Assembly (NCBI RefSeq): GCF_000400465.1
Contig: NW_008806277.1
Span: forward strand, 270,001 to 302,000
DNA length: 32,000 bases
Direction of reading: 5' to 3'
DNA from: Wallemia ichthyophaga EXF-994
Taxonomy: Eukaryota > Fungi > Basidiomycota
The notes beneath the pieces are model-generated. The model was not told the DNA's origin, made no database searches, and worked only from the letters and a program-made list of their open reading frames with translations. The position numbers were made by a program, and so were the translations under genes. Each line of letters opens with the position of its first letter. Position 1 is the stretch's first letter. Of the stretch, positions 23,156 through 32,000 are shown piece after piece.

Positions 23156-25915
23156 TCATGTTCTGCGTTGCTTCTTTTGTGTTGATTTCTTGGTATATGT
23201 TTTTCTTTTTGCTGGGGGTTTGCCTTCGTTGGGACAGTTGCTAGCCCAGTGTCCCTTCTTGTTACACTTGTAACATGTGTCACCTTTCTTTGTATTATTA
23301 ACACCGACACCGCTGGACGATGACTTCTTGGATTTTACAGTGGATGTGGATTTAGGTGCAGGTCCTGTTGTCGGATTGGTACATCTTGCCGGCCAATGTC
23401 CGTTCCTACTGCAAAGATCGCAGTAGGGGATCTCACCATCATCATCTGCGATCAATTCATCACCCAACAAATCTTCCTCACTATCATCAACAACTTGAGC
23501 AGATGTATTTGGACTATCCATTGAATCCTCCCATGACCAGAAACCACATTGCGCAGTCTTTGAAGTATTGGGACATTTCCAAAATGCCCTGCCTTTATTT
23601 GCACCTTGTGAGGTGACGAATCGTTTAGCTGAGAGGTCACATTTGCAGCGCACTTGACCCTCTTTTGGCGGTTGAGCTTTGTGATTAGAGTTGGACTTTG
23701 TTGGTGGTTCATACATCTGCGTTACTCTGAATTCAGATGCGTTACCATTGCTCCGACTTGTTCTGCTTGCACCTGTCGTGCGTTGACTAGTCGTTCCGCG
23801 CGGTCGCCCTCTGCCGCGAGGAGGCGGAGGTGCATCATCCATATCGCTATCGCTATTGTCGTTGTTGTTGTTATTATTGAATCCACCAAACCCGCCACCG
23901 CCTTCGTCTTCGCCTCGGGCATTTTGATCATTCTCCGCAATGACATTGTCATCAAATGCATCAGCATTCTGTAGGTAGTGCTTCACACTATTCACCAGAG
24001 TTGCAAATTGAAGGGCTGATCTGTTGTATATATCTCTATACTGATTAATCGATTCGAGCAAAACGTCACTCTTCTGGGCTATACCTTCACCTATCATGTT
24101 CATCTTTTCCTCGTTCTCCCGCCTGAGTTGAGGTTTAGCGAAACTCTTGTCGAAATTCATCTTATTGTATCCTTCAACTAGTGCAACGCCGAGCGTAGAA
24201 GGTACAAGGTACTTGGTAGATCCCAATTTGTGCTCCATGACATATTCTCTGTCGATAATTTTGTGTATATGTTCAGCAATAGTGGCATCAGTGCCTATAC
24301 CATTCTTGTCCATCAAAGAGACGAGATCAGCTTCAGTGAGCAATGTCGGTGGTGTAGTTTTACCCTCTCTTAATTCGCAAATAGACGGCTGAAATACCTC
24401 ACCCTGTTCAAAATTAGGTATGGTTTGATTTGACCATTTCTCGTAGATGTATACCTCTAAATAGTTCTTCTCAATCAGGACAGACCCCGACGCTTTAAAT
24501 ATCTCTCCAGCCATCTCTAACTCAGCGGTTGTGTTCTTTCCTTTAGCATCTTTGGAGCAACTAGCAAGAAATCTGCGTGTAATTAACTCATATACTCGCT
24601 TCTCATTTCCAGATAATGACGGTGCATGGGCGGTAGGATGGATCGGTGGATGCGCCTTGTCGTTCTTCTTTCCGTTACGTGGTCTATCAAATCTATCAAA
24701 TTGAAGTGACTGTGCATATTCTCCCCATGTTGAGTTGGCTGTCTGCTTTTCTATCAGCGATTCGAAGTTGAACGATGGATCGTATTGGTCTGTTTCTGTA
24801 CGTGGATATGAAAGAAAGCCCTGTTGATATAATTTTTCAGCTATCTGTTCTGTCATCAGCTTAGCTTTTTACTTGTTTTTTTACCACTCACATCCAAGAC
24901 TTGTTTCGGAGAAAGTTTTAGCAACCGAGATCCAGATTTCTGTAGCTCAACTGTAGTCAAAGGGTAGGGCTTGTATTTAGTGTGTGGCTTGGTCTCCACT
25001 TTGGTCACTCTTGCTGTGGGATTAGTGATGCATCTCTCATACAGCAAGAAGGCAATCTGAGCATCAAACAGTCGATCACGTTTCCAGTTGAATGTCACAG
25101 CTTTCTTTCTGCCATTTTCTTCACGATGGTTGATAGAGAGGAAGATGTACCAGAAATTTTCCGTAATAAAATCCTTTATACGCTGGTATTGATCGACTAC
25201 GAAACCCAAAGTTGGAAATTGACAAGGTCCTGATAATCAGATGAGCAGAGCAAGCTGGTGGAAATAGAGCTCCCTTACCGTATGATATCAGCTTCCCGTC
25301 GAGCTCCGCCACCTGTTTTGATAAATTGAGAGTCATTAGTCTAGTAAAAGCGGCACCGATGCGTAAATCCAATTCAATACGCGTCTCAACAGCGCGAACC
25401 TGCTTCATATCCAACATAACAGGATTACGAGCAGCGTGATGAATCTGATTGGGTATGATAGCTGAAAACTTCGCCCGAATCACTTCAATTCTCGGATTGG
25501 CCTGTCTGCATACATTCACAATCTCTGATCCAATATGTTCACCTTCACGATCGCAATCTGTCCATATCATCAGATGACTCGCGCGTCTAGCTTCACTTTT
25601 GAGATTATTCTCTATAGCAGACATGCTGCTTGATGTGCTTATCTCCACTCTCCCATTAAATAATTGGACAGGATCGCAACTGTGCCATTTGCGCATCTCT
25701 TTGGGGAATTCAGCCGTGGTGAGATGACCAGCAACGGCAGTGACAGTGAAATCTACCTGGCGACCGTTATACCCAGACATTTTATAACTGAAGTCATAGT
25801 TTTTTATGAATTTGCTCGAAGTGCTGCGTGTATTGAAGCTGCCCGATGAGAGGATCTGGGTGATTGATTTCGATATCGAAGGTTTTTCAGCAACGCATAA
25901 ATATTTTACTGTCAT
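23156..25915 (-). CDS. TOP3: DNA topoisomerase III alpha with C-terminal GRF and two CCHC zinc fingers
   Basis: Introns 25278-25230 and 24891-24845. Toprim VAEKPS and IWTDCDREGE, SYG|PCQFPTLGF, catalytic Tyr in GFLSYPRTET, DKAHPPIHPT and GIGTDAT. Confidence 0.97.
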
Positions 25916-25987
25916 CTCTTCATCGCCTTGCCGCCGCTAGTGGTGGTGGTCGATGGCCGTTTGAGATAACAAGCAAGACGCGTAAAG

Positions 25988-26607
25988 ATGAGCAGAAAGG
26001 TTCTTGTGAATGAGAAAACGATTGGCGGGCTTCTGAGTACGCTGAATGAGAATAAGCCATCTGCTATTAAAACTGTTACGCGACGATTGAATCAAAATAC
26101 TCTCAATTCACGCCCTATACCGGCAGAAATTGGCGCAAAGATTGATGAGCTGTACGACAAGTATAAGGTGGTTGGATGTGATGAGACTGCTATTGCTATT
26201 CGAAGAATAATGACAAACATCAAGGGCATCCTTGATGCTGTCGATTCGGAGAGAGTGGGTTTGGTGGTGGTGAAGGGCTAGTAAAACTCACAATTCACAG
26301 AAAGATCAGATCTTAATGAGCTTATGGCTGGTTGTACGTCGTTATTCGCGTATTACTTTTTTATACACTGACGTACGTCTAGATACTGCTTAGCAGAAAA
26401 TCAGACAGCAACTCAGAGCAAGCAGCAGCAGAGCTTAACAACAGCGCCGCAAATCCGCTCAAAATGCCGTCGGAGCTGACTTGGTACACCATTCTATCAC
26501 AAGATCCATTGCTTGGGGATCACTGGCGGGAGGACAGCTACGCCCAGAGTGACAATCTGTCTGAATGGAGTGATAGTGAGAGTGAGAAGGGAGAGGAGTA
26601 TATGTAG
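25988..26607 (+). CDS. 174-aa protein resembling only the N-terminal helical domain of gamma-tubulin complex component GCP5 (TUBGCP5/Mod21-like), no GRIP domains
   Basis: Exons 25988-26254, 26301-26333, 26383-26607, with introns of 46 nt (GTGGGT...CAG) and 49 nt (GTACGT...CTGAC...TAG) that keep the frame. Product: MSRKVLVNEK...AEIGAKIDELYDKYKVVGCDETAIAIRRIMTNIK...RKDQILMSLWLVILLSRKS...LTWYTILSQDPLLGDHWREDSYAQSDNLSEWSDSESEKGEEYM*. The CDS is well supported; the GCP5 assignment is by recalled similarity. Confidence 0.65.
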
Positions 26608-26637
26608 AATTGTACATTATAAGACTTTGTAAAAATG

Positions 26638-26667
26638 TCGTAATCGTAATCGTAATCGTAATCGTAA
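26638..26667. repeat. (TCGTAA)5 hexanucleotide microsatellite
   Basis: Five perfect TCGTAA units in the 95-bp gap between two convergent stop codons. Confidence 0.95.
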
Positions 26668-26702
26668 CTGGAAGATAAATAAAGGCTATTGGTTGGATTG
26701 AG

Positions 26703-28019
26703 TCAAGCGATCGGACTGCGCTCGTGCGTGCGCTCCTCTGACTGTACGAGATCTTTGGCAGCTCTCTTAATATCCTGTGGAGCTTGATTGTTATTTTTCC
26801 TAACCATATCAATATATTTGAGCACGATGTCAGCTTCAACTTGACCGCTTAGAGTATCCCAGAATTCAAAACTGACTGTACCATTGGACTGGTTATGCCT
26901 GGTGTTAGATGGATCGTGCACCTCAATTTCAATCGTTGCTGGTTTGCTCGCAATTTTACGTGATCCCTCCGATGGTATAGATTTTTCATGCGCTTTCTCT
27001 TTCTCATTTAATGGTGTCTCTGGTTGCTCGAATGCCACACTCGCTTTGCGCGAGTTTGGAGAACCAGGTGGTGTGATTGTCGTTGATTTGTCTCTCTTCA
27101 ATTGCGTAGTGTGGATTGACGTTATCTTACTGAATGGAACGTTTATACTCGTTAGCGCTTGATCGTTGATATAGAGAGGAAAGGGTTTGTGTTGAGCAAG
27201 GTCGGTATCCTGCGTAGACCATCTGCGTGGTTTTTGTGTGCCTTGATGCTCGTCATCTTTGTGAGTCTCATCACCAGTCTCATACCAATTGAGGTTGAAT
27301 GTTGGACCTTTCTCTTCCTCTTGCTGTTGAGCTTGTTCTCCCAGTCCCTCCACTTGCTCCGATTCTTCGTCCACCGCAGTAGTATGGCTATCATTACTAG
27401 AAGAAGAACGTCTCTTGATAGCTTCAAGAATGCTACCTCTTCTTCTAACGTTCTGCTGCTCTGTACTTGCAGGCTCATCGAGGAGAGACAAGAGTGAAGA
27501 TTTGCGTTTATGATCCACAGAAGCATCTGCCGGAATACCGCCTTTACCCAGAGCTCTGAGTACAGAAGAGCGTCTTCTTTGATGTTTTTTAGAAACCTCT
27601 CGTGGACGGTTGAGTGGATCCAAAACAAGAGTGAGCTGGTCCTAACGAGACAGTCAATGTAGCTCGTATTTCATTAAGTGTTACCCAATTCTACCCACAT
27701 TCCAAAACCACAATTTGGCTGATAGGTTGAAGATATTTCCGCAGCTTTCTTTCTTGTGTGAATTGAATTTCTCTTGTTCTGCTAGCTGCGTAGCTTCACT
27801 CTTCTTACTAAACTTACGTTTTGGAGAGTGCGGTGGATTGAGCGGAACATCTAACTCATTTCCACTCAATGTAAGTTGTACTGGCAGTGGTTCTCGTGAT
27901 GTATACGTTGGCTTTGATATTTGAGATGTGTAAAAGCTTCTGTCTCGTGGCCAAGGCATTCTTGGTGCCAGATTGTTTGGGTTCTCTTCAAATGCTACCT
28001 TTGTAGTGACAAACTGCAT
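26703..28019 (-). CDS. Uncharacterised 419-aa protein, rich in basic-basic-x-Ser motifs
   Basis: Exon 28019-27699 joins exon 27641-26703 across a 57-nt GTGGGT...TAG intron (KLWFWN|DQLTLVLDPLN). No family recognised. Confidence 0.75.
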
Positions 28020-28251
28020 CAGCTGTGTTGTTTAAAGTTGATGGTAAGTAATGTGGGGTAAATGTGGGGCGATGAAGAGCCAATTTTCACAATTAAGTCA
28101 ACGGAATTTACACGCCAATAATTATTAAAATCTGAAACATTTCGTCATACATGAAATGACAATGGGAAATACAAATTATTTAAACGATAGATTGTGTAAA
28201 ATGTTCAATTATCTTCAAGTCCGGTTTTATTCGCAATTAGATAGATACTAT

Positions 28252-29821
28252 CTAGAGTCGTCTACCACGCTCTTCAGAGGGTCCAGGTCCAACTGAGGTT
28301 GAAGGTACTGCAGCTGCTGATGCAATATTCTTATCAAAGCTTGGTGTCTTTTTCAATACACCTTTACGTACTGTCGGTTGCTGATGAGCGCTTTGTGTGC
28401 TTTGTGTGCTTTGTGTGCTTGGTGGTTGTTGGCTTATATCTTCAATCTCCTTGTCATCATCATCATCATCATCAAAGTCATCAAATCTTCCAGTAAAATA
28501 ATCGAATTCGTCATTATCCTCCCATGCACCCGGATGAAAACCATGGGCAGGTGAGGCTAAAGGAGGTTCAGCTCGAAGTGCGGCTGATGGTTGTGAAACA
28601 GGGCTGTCTTCATCTGAGGAGTTGTTGTAGAAAGAAGACCTGCGAGCAGTTGGAACATAATCTGGATTGCTATCACCTGGAGCCTCTGGAACTACATCAT
28701 ATTCATTATCCTCATCATCTGAACCATGTGGATTCGTTTTCAATTGAGTAGGTTCAATTTCCGCAATGGTAATGTGATCAGGTGCAGGTATCGAGGATAA
28801 GTCGGAGGCTACGCTAGATGACCTTGTCCTGGATTTGGAAGATATATTGTTTGACGTAGATCTGCTCCTAAAAGTTAAACCTTCATCCTCACTTGAAAAA
28901 TTTTCTTCGTTGGGGGAAGCGATGGGATCTTCTGCAACACGTTCTGGTTCGTCCAAGGAAATTCTCTGTTCAACAAAGTTGTTAAAAGTGATATGTCTCT
29001 TGCTGGCACCAGAGCTGTTGCTGGCGTCACCGTCGGAGGTAGTAGGATTAGGTGTCATGTGCTTTGAAGATTCAGATTCATTGTACTGTTGATTGACAGA
29101 GTCACTGTTGTGTAAAGCAGCTTTTATCAAAGGTTCAGAGTGAGACACTTGGAATTTTGGTCTCTTGGGCTCAGTAGGGGAAGCAGCGACGGAGGAACCA
29201 GGGCTAGTATCAGACTGAAAGTCAGAAGGAACATCAGACTGATCATCATCAGGTATAGCATCAATTGAAGGGGATTGTTGGGAAGGCATCGTTAGTAACT
29301 CAGATATAGTGCGATGCTTCAAGATGGGTTTTGTACCATGACCTTGATCTAAATCGATGTGATCCTCTAAAGTGGATGCTTTTGGTTTTGGAACTGGATC
29401 GACAGCGGTGTGTAGTGGACCATATAGCCAAGTAACGTCACTATCTTTGAGCCTACATACGTGTGAGAAATGGCTCGAACTAACCAATAAAAACCCTACC
29501 AATTCAAAGTCTCAGGGCTAATAGTCTTCAGTTTATTCCGTTGCTTCCACCAAGTTCTCCAACTAGCGTTCTCTAATCGAATACCATTTGAAATATCATT
29601 CTTATGCTTTGTCATTGATCTCCAGCTTGTCCAAACATCCTCCTCATCCCATTCGTGGCTGAGATAATCAACGCATATTGAAGGCAGCCTCGTTTGAGCG
29701 TCTGCATCGTCTGGAGCGTGGCCAGTCGTTTCTGCTGACACAGTCTAAACAAGGGAATATTAGCGTGAGCTGTTTAAACAATTCTCAAGCGTACTGCCGG
29801 AGATGGAACGAATTGGGCCAT
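28252..29821 (-). CDS. REG1: Reg1-like protein phosphatase 1 regulatory subunit (DUF1752-type N-terminal domain)
   Basis: Exons 29821-29795, 29744-29500, 29452-28252. Motifs CVDYLSHEWDEEDVWTSWR, RLENASWRTWWK, TLNW|LKDSDVTWLYGPL, KPILKHRTISELL and the PP1-docking KRHITF (yeast Reg1 RHIHF-like). Confidence 0.88.
28391..28420. repeat. Coding 9-bp tandem repeat (CTTTGTGTG)3, encoding QST repeats in the Reg1-like tail
   Basis: Three adjacent CTTTGTGTG units; the minus-strand translation is TQSTQSTQS. Confidence 0.85.
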
Positions 29822-29989
29822 TTAATTTGTTGATCGTTGTATACTGAGATGTGTGTATATCTCCTCAATGGCTCAAGTGGCTAAGCCTAATTTTCATAAA
29901 ACCATAAAAAGTATTTTTAAATTTAAATTTATTTACCTTATTATTTATTCATTTAAATTATTATTCACCTCTTCCCTTTCCTCTTAACC
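29822..29989. promoter_or_regulatory. Very AT-rich bidirectional promoter region between REG1-like (-) and UTP21 (+)
   Basis: 168 bp between divergent ATGs. The stretch at about 29888-29965 is almost entirely A/T, consistent with a nucleosome-depleted region (inference). Confidence 0.5.
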
Positions 29990-32000
29990 ATGGCACCTGC
30001 TCGTAAAAAGCAAAAATCTACGAAGCCAACACAGTCAATACAGCCAACCCAACCAAATCAACCAATCAAATCAATCCAACCAAGGCTATTTGCTCCATTC
30101 AGAGCTCTAGGATTCGTTACCAATGATATTCCCTTCAATATCCTATCTAGATCCACTAGAGACGCAAATAAATTATCTGCTCAGATTGTAACGTGCTTAG
30201 GAAATAGCTGGGCTATGTGGGATCTTTCTACCATGCGCCTTCTCTTTGTTTCCCCAGATTGTGAAAATCCAATCAACTCTATTGCAAATGATGGTACATA
30301 CGTTTATGTCTCTGCCGGTCCTCATTTGATCAAGTATAGTAGGGGTAAACAAATTTCTAAATTTGAATACCCTGAGCCTTCAGAACTGGGCACTATCACG
30401 CTCTTCGGTAGTCAATTACTCGCACTCAGAGCTAATGGAAATGGTCTAATCGTTTTTGATAATCATTCAAATGCTAAATCAGAATTCTCACACGAGATTC
30501 AATTCCCTTTCAATTTCACTGCCACTCAGATCCTCCATCCATCCACTTATCTCAATAAAATCGTTGTAGCATCTGCTCAAGGTGATTTACAGTTGTGGAA
30601 TATAAGAACAAGATCACTCATTCACTCCTTCCAATCAACTCACCTTCGAAGAAGTCTTCCAAGGCCTTCTACAGAGGCTATTACTTCCCTCGAGCAATCT
30701 CCTGCAATTGATGTTCTCGCCATTGGTTACTCTGACGGTCTAATTTCACTCTACGATATCAAATCTGATGAAGAACTCCTAAGAATGCGTATGGATGGCG
30801 ATCTCTCCATCAATAGCATCACTTTCAGGACTGATGGTGAACATATCATGGCTACAGCCGCATCTAACGGTTACATAGCATTCTGGAATCTCAATGAAGG
30901 TGGTAGATTAGTCAATGTGTTAAGAGACGCACACAGTGAATCTACATCCAAGATAGAGTTCCTACCAAATCAGCCAGTATTGATATCTTCCAGTGGCGAC
31001 AACAGCGTGAAAGTAGGTAACGTGCATATAATCCAACACAATTCTAACGACTATCCAAGCAATGGCTATTCGACTCGCCCAGCGTTCTCCCAAGACTGCT
31101 CAAGTTCAGAGCTGGTCATACTGCCCCACCACACCACATACGCTATTACGGTGAAGACGGAAAAACAATTCTCAGTGCTGGCAGAGATAACAGCTTGAGA
31201 TACATGAGTGTAGTAAGAGATTCGCGCAGTTTCGAAATGTCTCAGGGCTCACTCGCTAGAAAAGCTGCTCAACTCGCTCTACCAATGGCTGCGTTGAGGT
31301 TACCGCCCATTACATCACTCGCATTTGCGACGCAGAGATCTAAAGACTGGGATGACGTTCTTACCTCACATGCCGACAGTGCTGACTCCTACACTTGGCA
31401 TGTCCAAGATAAGAAACTTGGTAAGCACAAGCTGGTGATGGATGACGGCGTCGCTCGATCAGTCACTGTATCCGTGTGCGGTAATTACGGTCTCATCGGT
31501 ACAGATAAAGGTAAGATTAATCAATTCAATATGCAGTCGGGCATCAAGAGACGTGTACTGTCTATACAGAACAAGTACGAGAATAAAGATGCACTGGCTA
31601 TTTCAGGTGTCATCAGTGACGCTCTCAACACTACCATCGTCGCTAGTACATTGGATGGATTCCTCTATTTCTTCGATTTCCACAACGGCGCTCTCATCGA
31701 TACGCTGCAACTGCGTGGTGGTGTACACCAGTTGATTCTGCAGCGAGACAACGGAATAATGGCCGCCATATGCGCCGACAATGTCGTACGATTAGTAGAT
31801 ATCGAAACAAGACGTGTCGTTCGTGAATTTAGAGGATTCACAAAGAGGGTGTCTGACATCGTAAGTATGAGTTTGCATAATAGCTTATCTAACAAGACAC
31901 ACAAAGGCATTCTCCCCAGACTCTAAATGGCTCGTTGCATCATCGTATGACTGTATTATACGGACATACGATATTCCAACGGGGACGTTGGTTGATGCAT
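29990..32000 (+). CDS. UTP21: U3 snoRNA-associated WD40 protein Utp21 (WDR36), 3' end runs off the window
   Basis: N-terminal RLFAPFRALGFVTNDIPF and QIVTCLGNSW, ILHPSTYLNKIVV, QSPAIDVLAIG. Intron 31013-31059 gives SSGDNSVK|QWLFDS...LLKFRAGHTAPP, and intron 31861-31906 gives RVSDI|AFSPDSKWLV. Confidence 0.95.

Noticed and set aside
26608-26702. Possible further intron extending the GCP5-like gene
   Set aside because: Even using a GT near 26599-26604, any downstream exon would run at once into the convergent gene ending at 26703. There is no space for GRIP domains.
26459-26839. 126-aa minus-strand ORF containing TITITITIT
   Set aside because: The TI repeat is just the (TCGTAA)5 microsatellite. 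The ORF overlaps the end of one gene out of frame and the GCP5-like exon antisense.
29889-29918. RRPE-like elements (reverse TGAAAATT; AAAAAGTATTTTT) upstream of UTP21
   Set aside because: Only partial matches, in a nearly pure A/T tract where they are expected by chance; no PAC motif alongside.

Overview
Gene-dense eukaryotic (fungal, basidiomycete-like) genomic DNA. I reconstruct 21 protein-coding genes in 32 kb (about 1.5 kb per gene), interrupted by about 51 short GT-AG introns, mostly 44-62 nt. The compaction and protein content suggest Wallemia or a similarly streamlined basidiomycete (inference, not verified). Gene order: DAG-kinase-like lipid kinase (partial, -), SF3B6/p14 (+), histone H1 (-), ADAM metalloprotease (-), SCAMP (+), mS34-like (-), uL24m (+), AlkB-family dioxygenase (+), MFS transporter (-), large disordered protein with a PH-like module (+), small conserved fungal protein (+), Aim25-like scramblase (-), V-ATPase subunit B (+), complex I ESSS/NDUFB11 (-), inositol polyphosphate 5-phosphatase (+), omega-amidase/nitrilase (+), topoisomerase III (-), a 174-aa protein resembling only the N-terminal helical domain of gamma-tubulin complex protein GCP5 (+), an uncharacterised PKA-site-rich protein (-), Reg1-like PP1 subunit (-), UTP21 (partial, +). 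I found no rRNA, tRNA, CRISPR array or mobile element. The best novelty candidate is the stand-alone GCP5 N-terminal-domain gene, which the supplied ORF track misses because of introns. Next are a possible protease-less SENP6/7/Ulp2-type PH-like protein, a head-to-head pair of mitoribosomal genes 39 bp apart, and unusual genome-level features (start codons 17 bp apart, GTGGGT as the commonest splice donor). All gene models were spliced by eye, and family assignments come from remembered motifs, not database searches.
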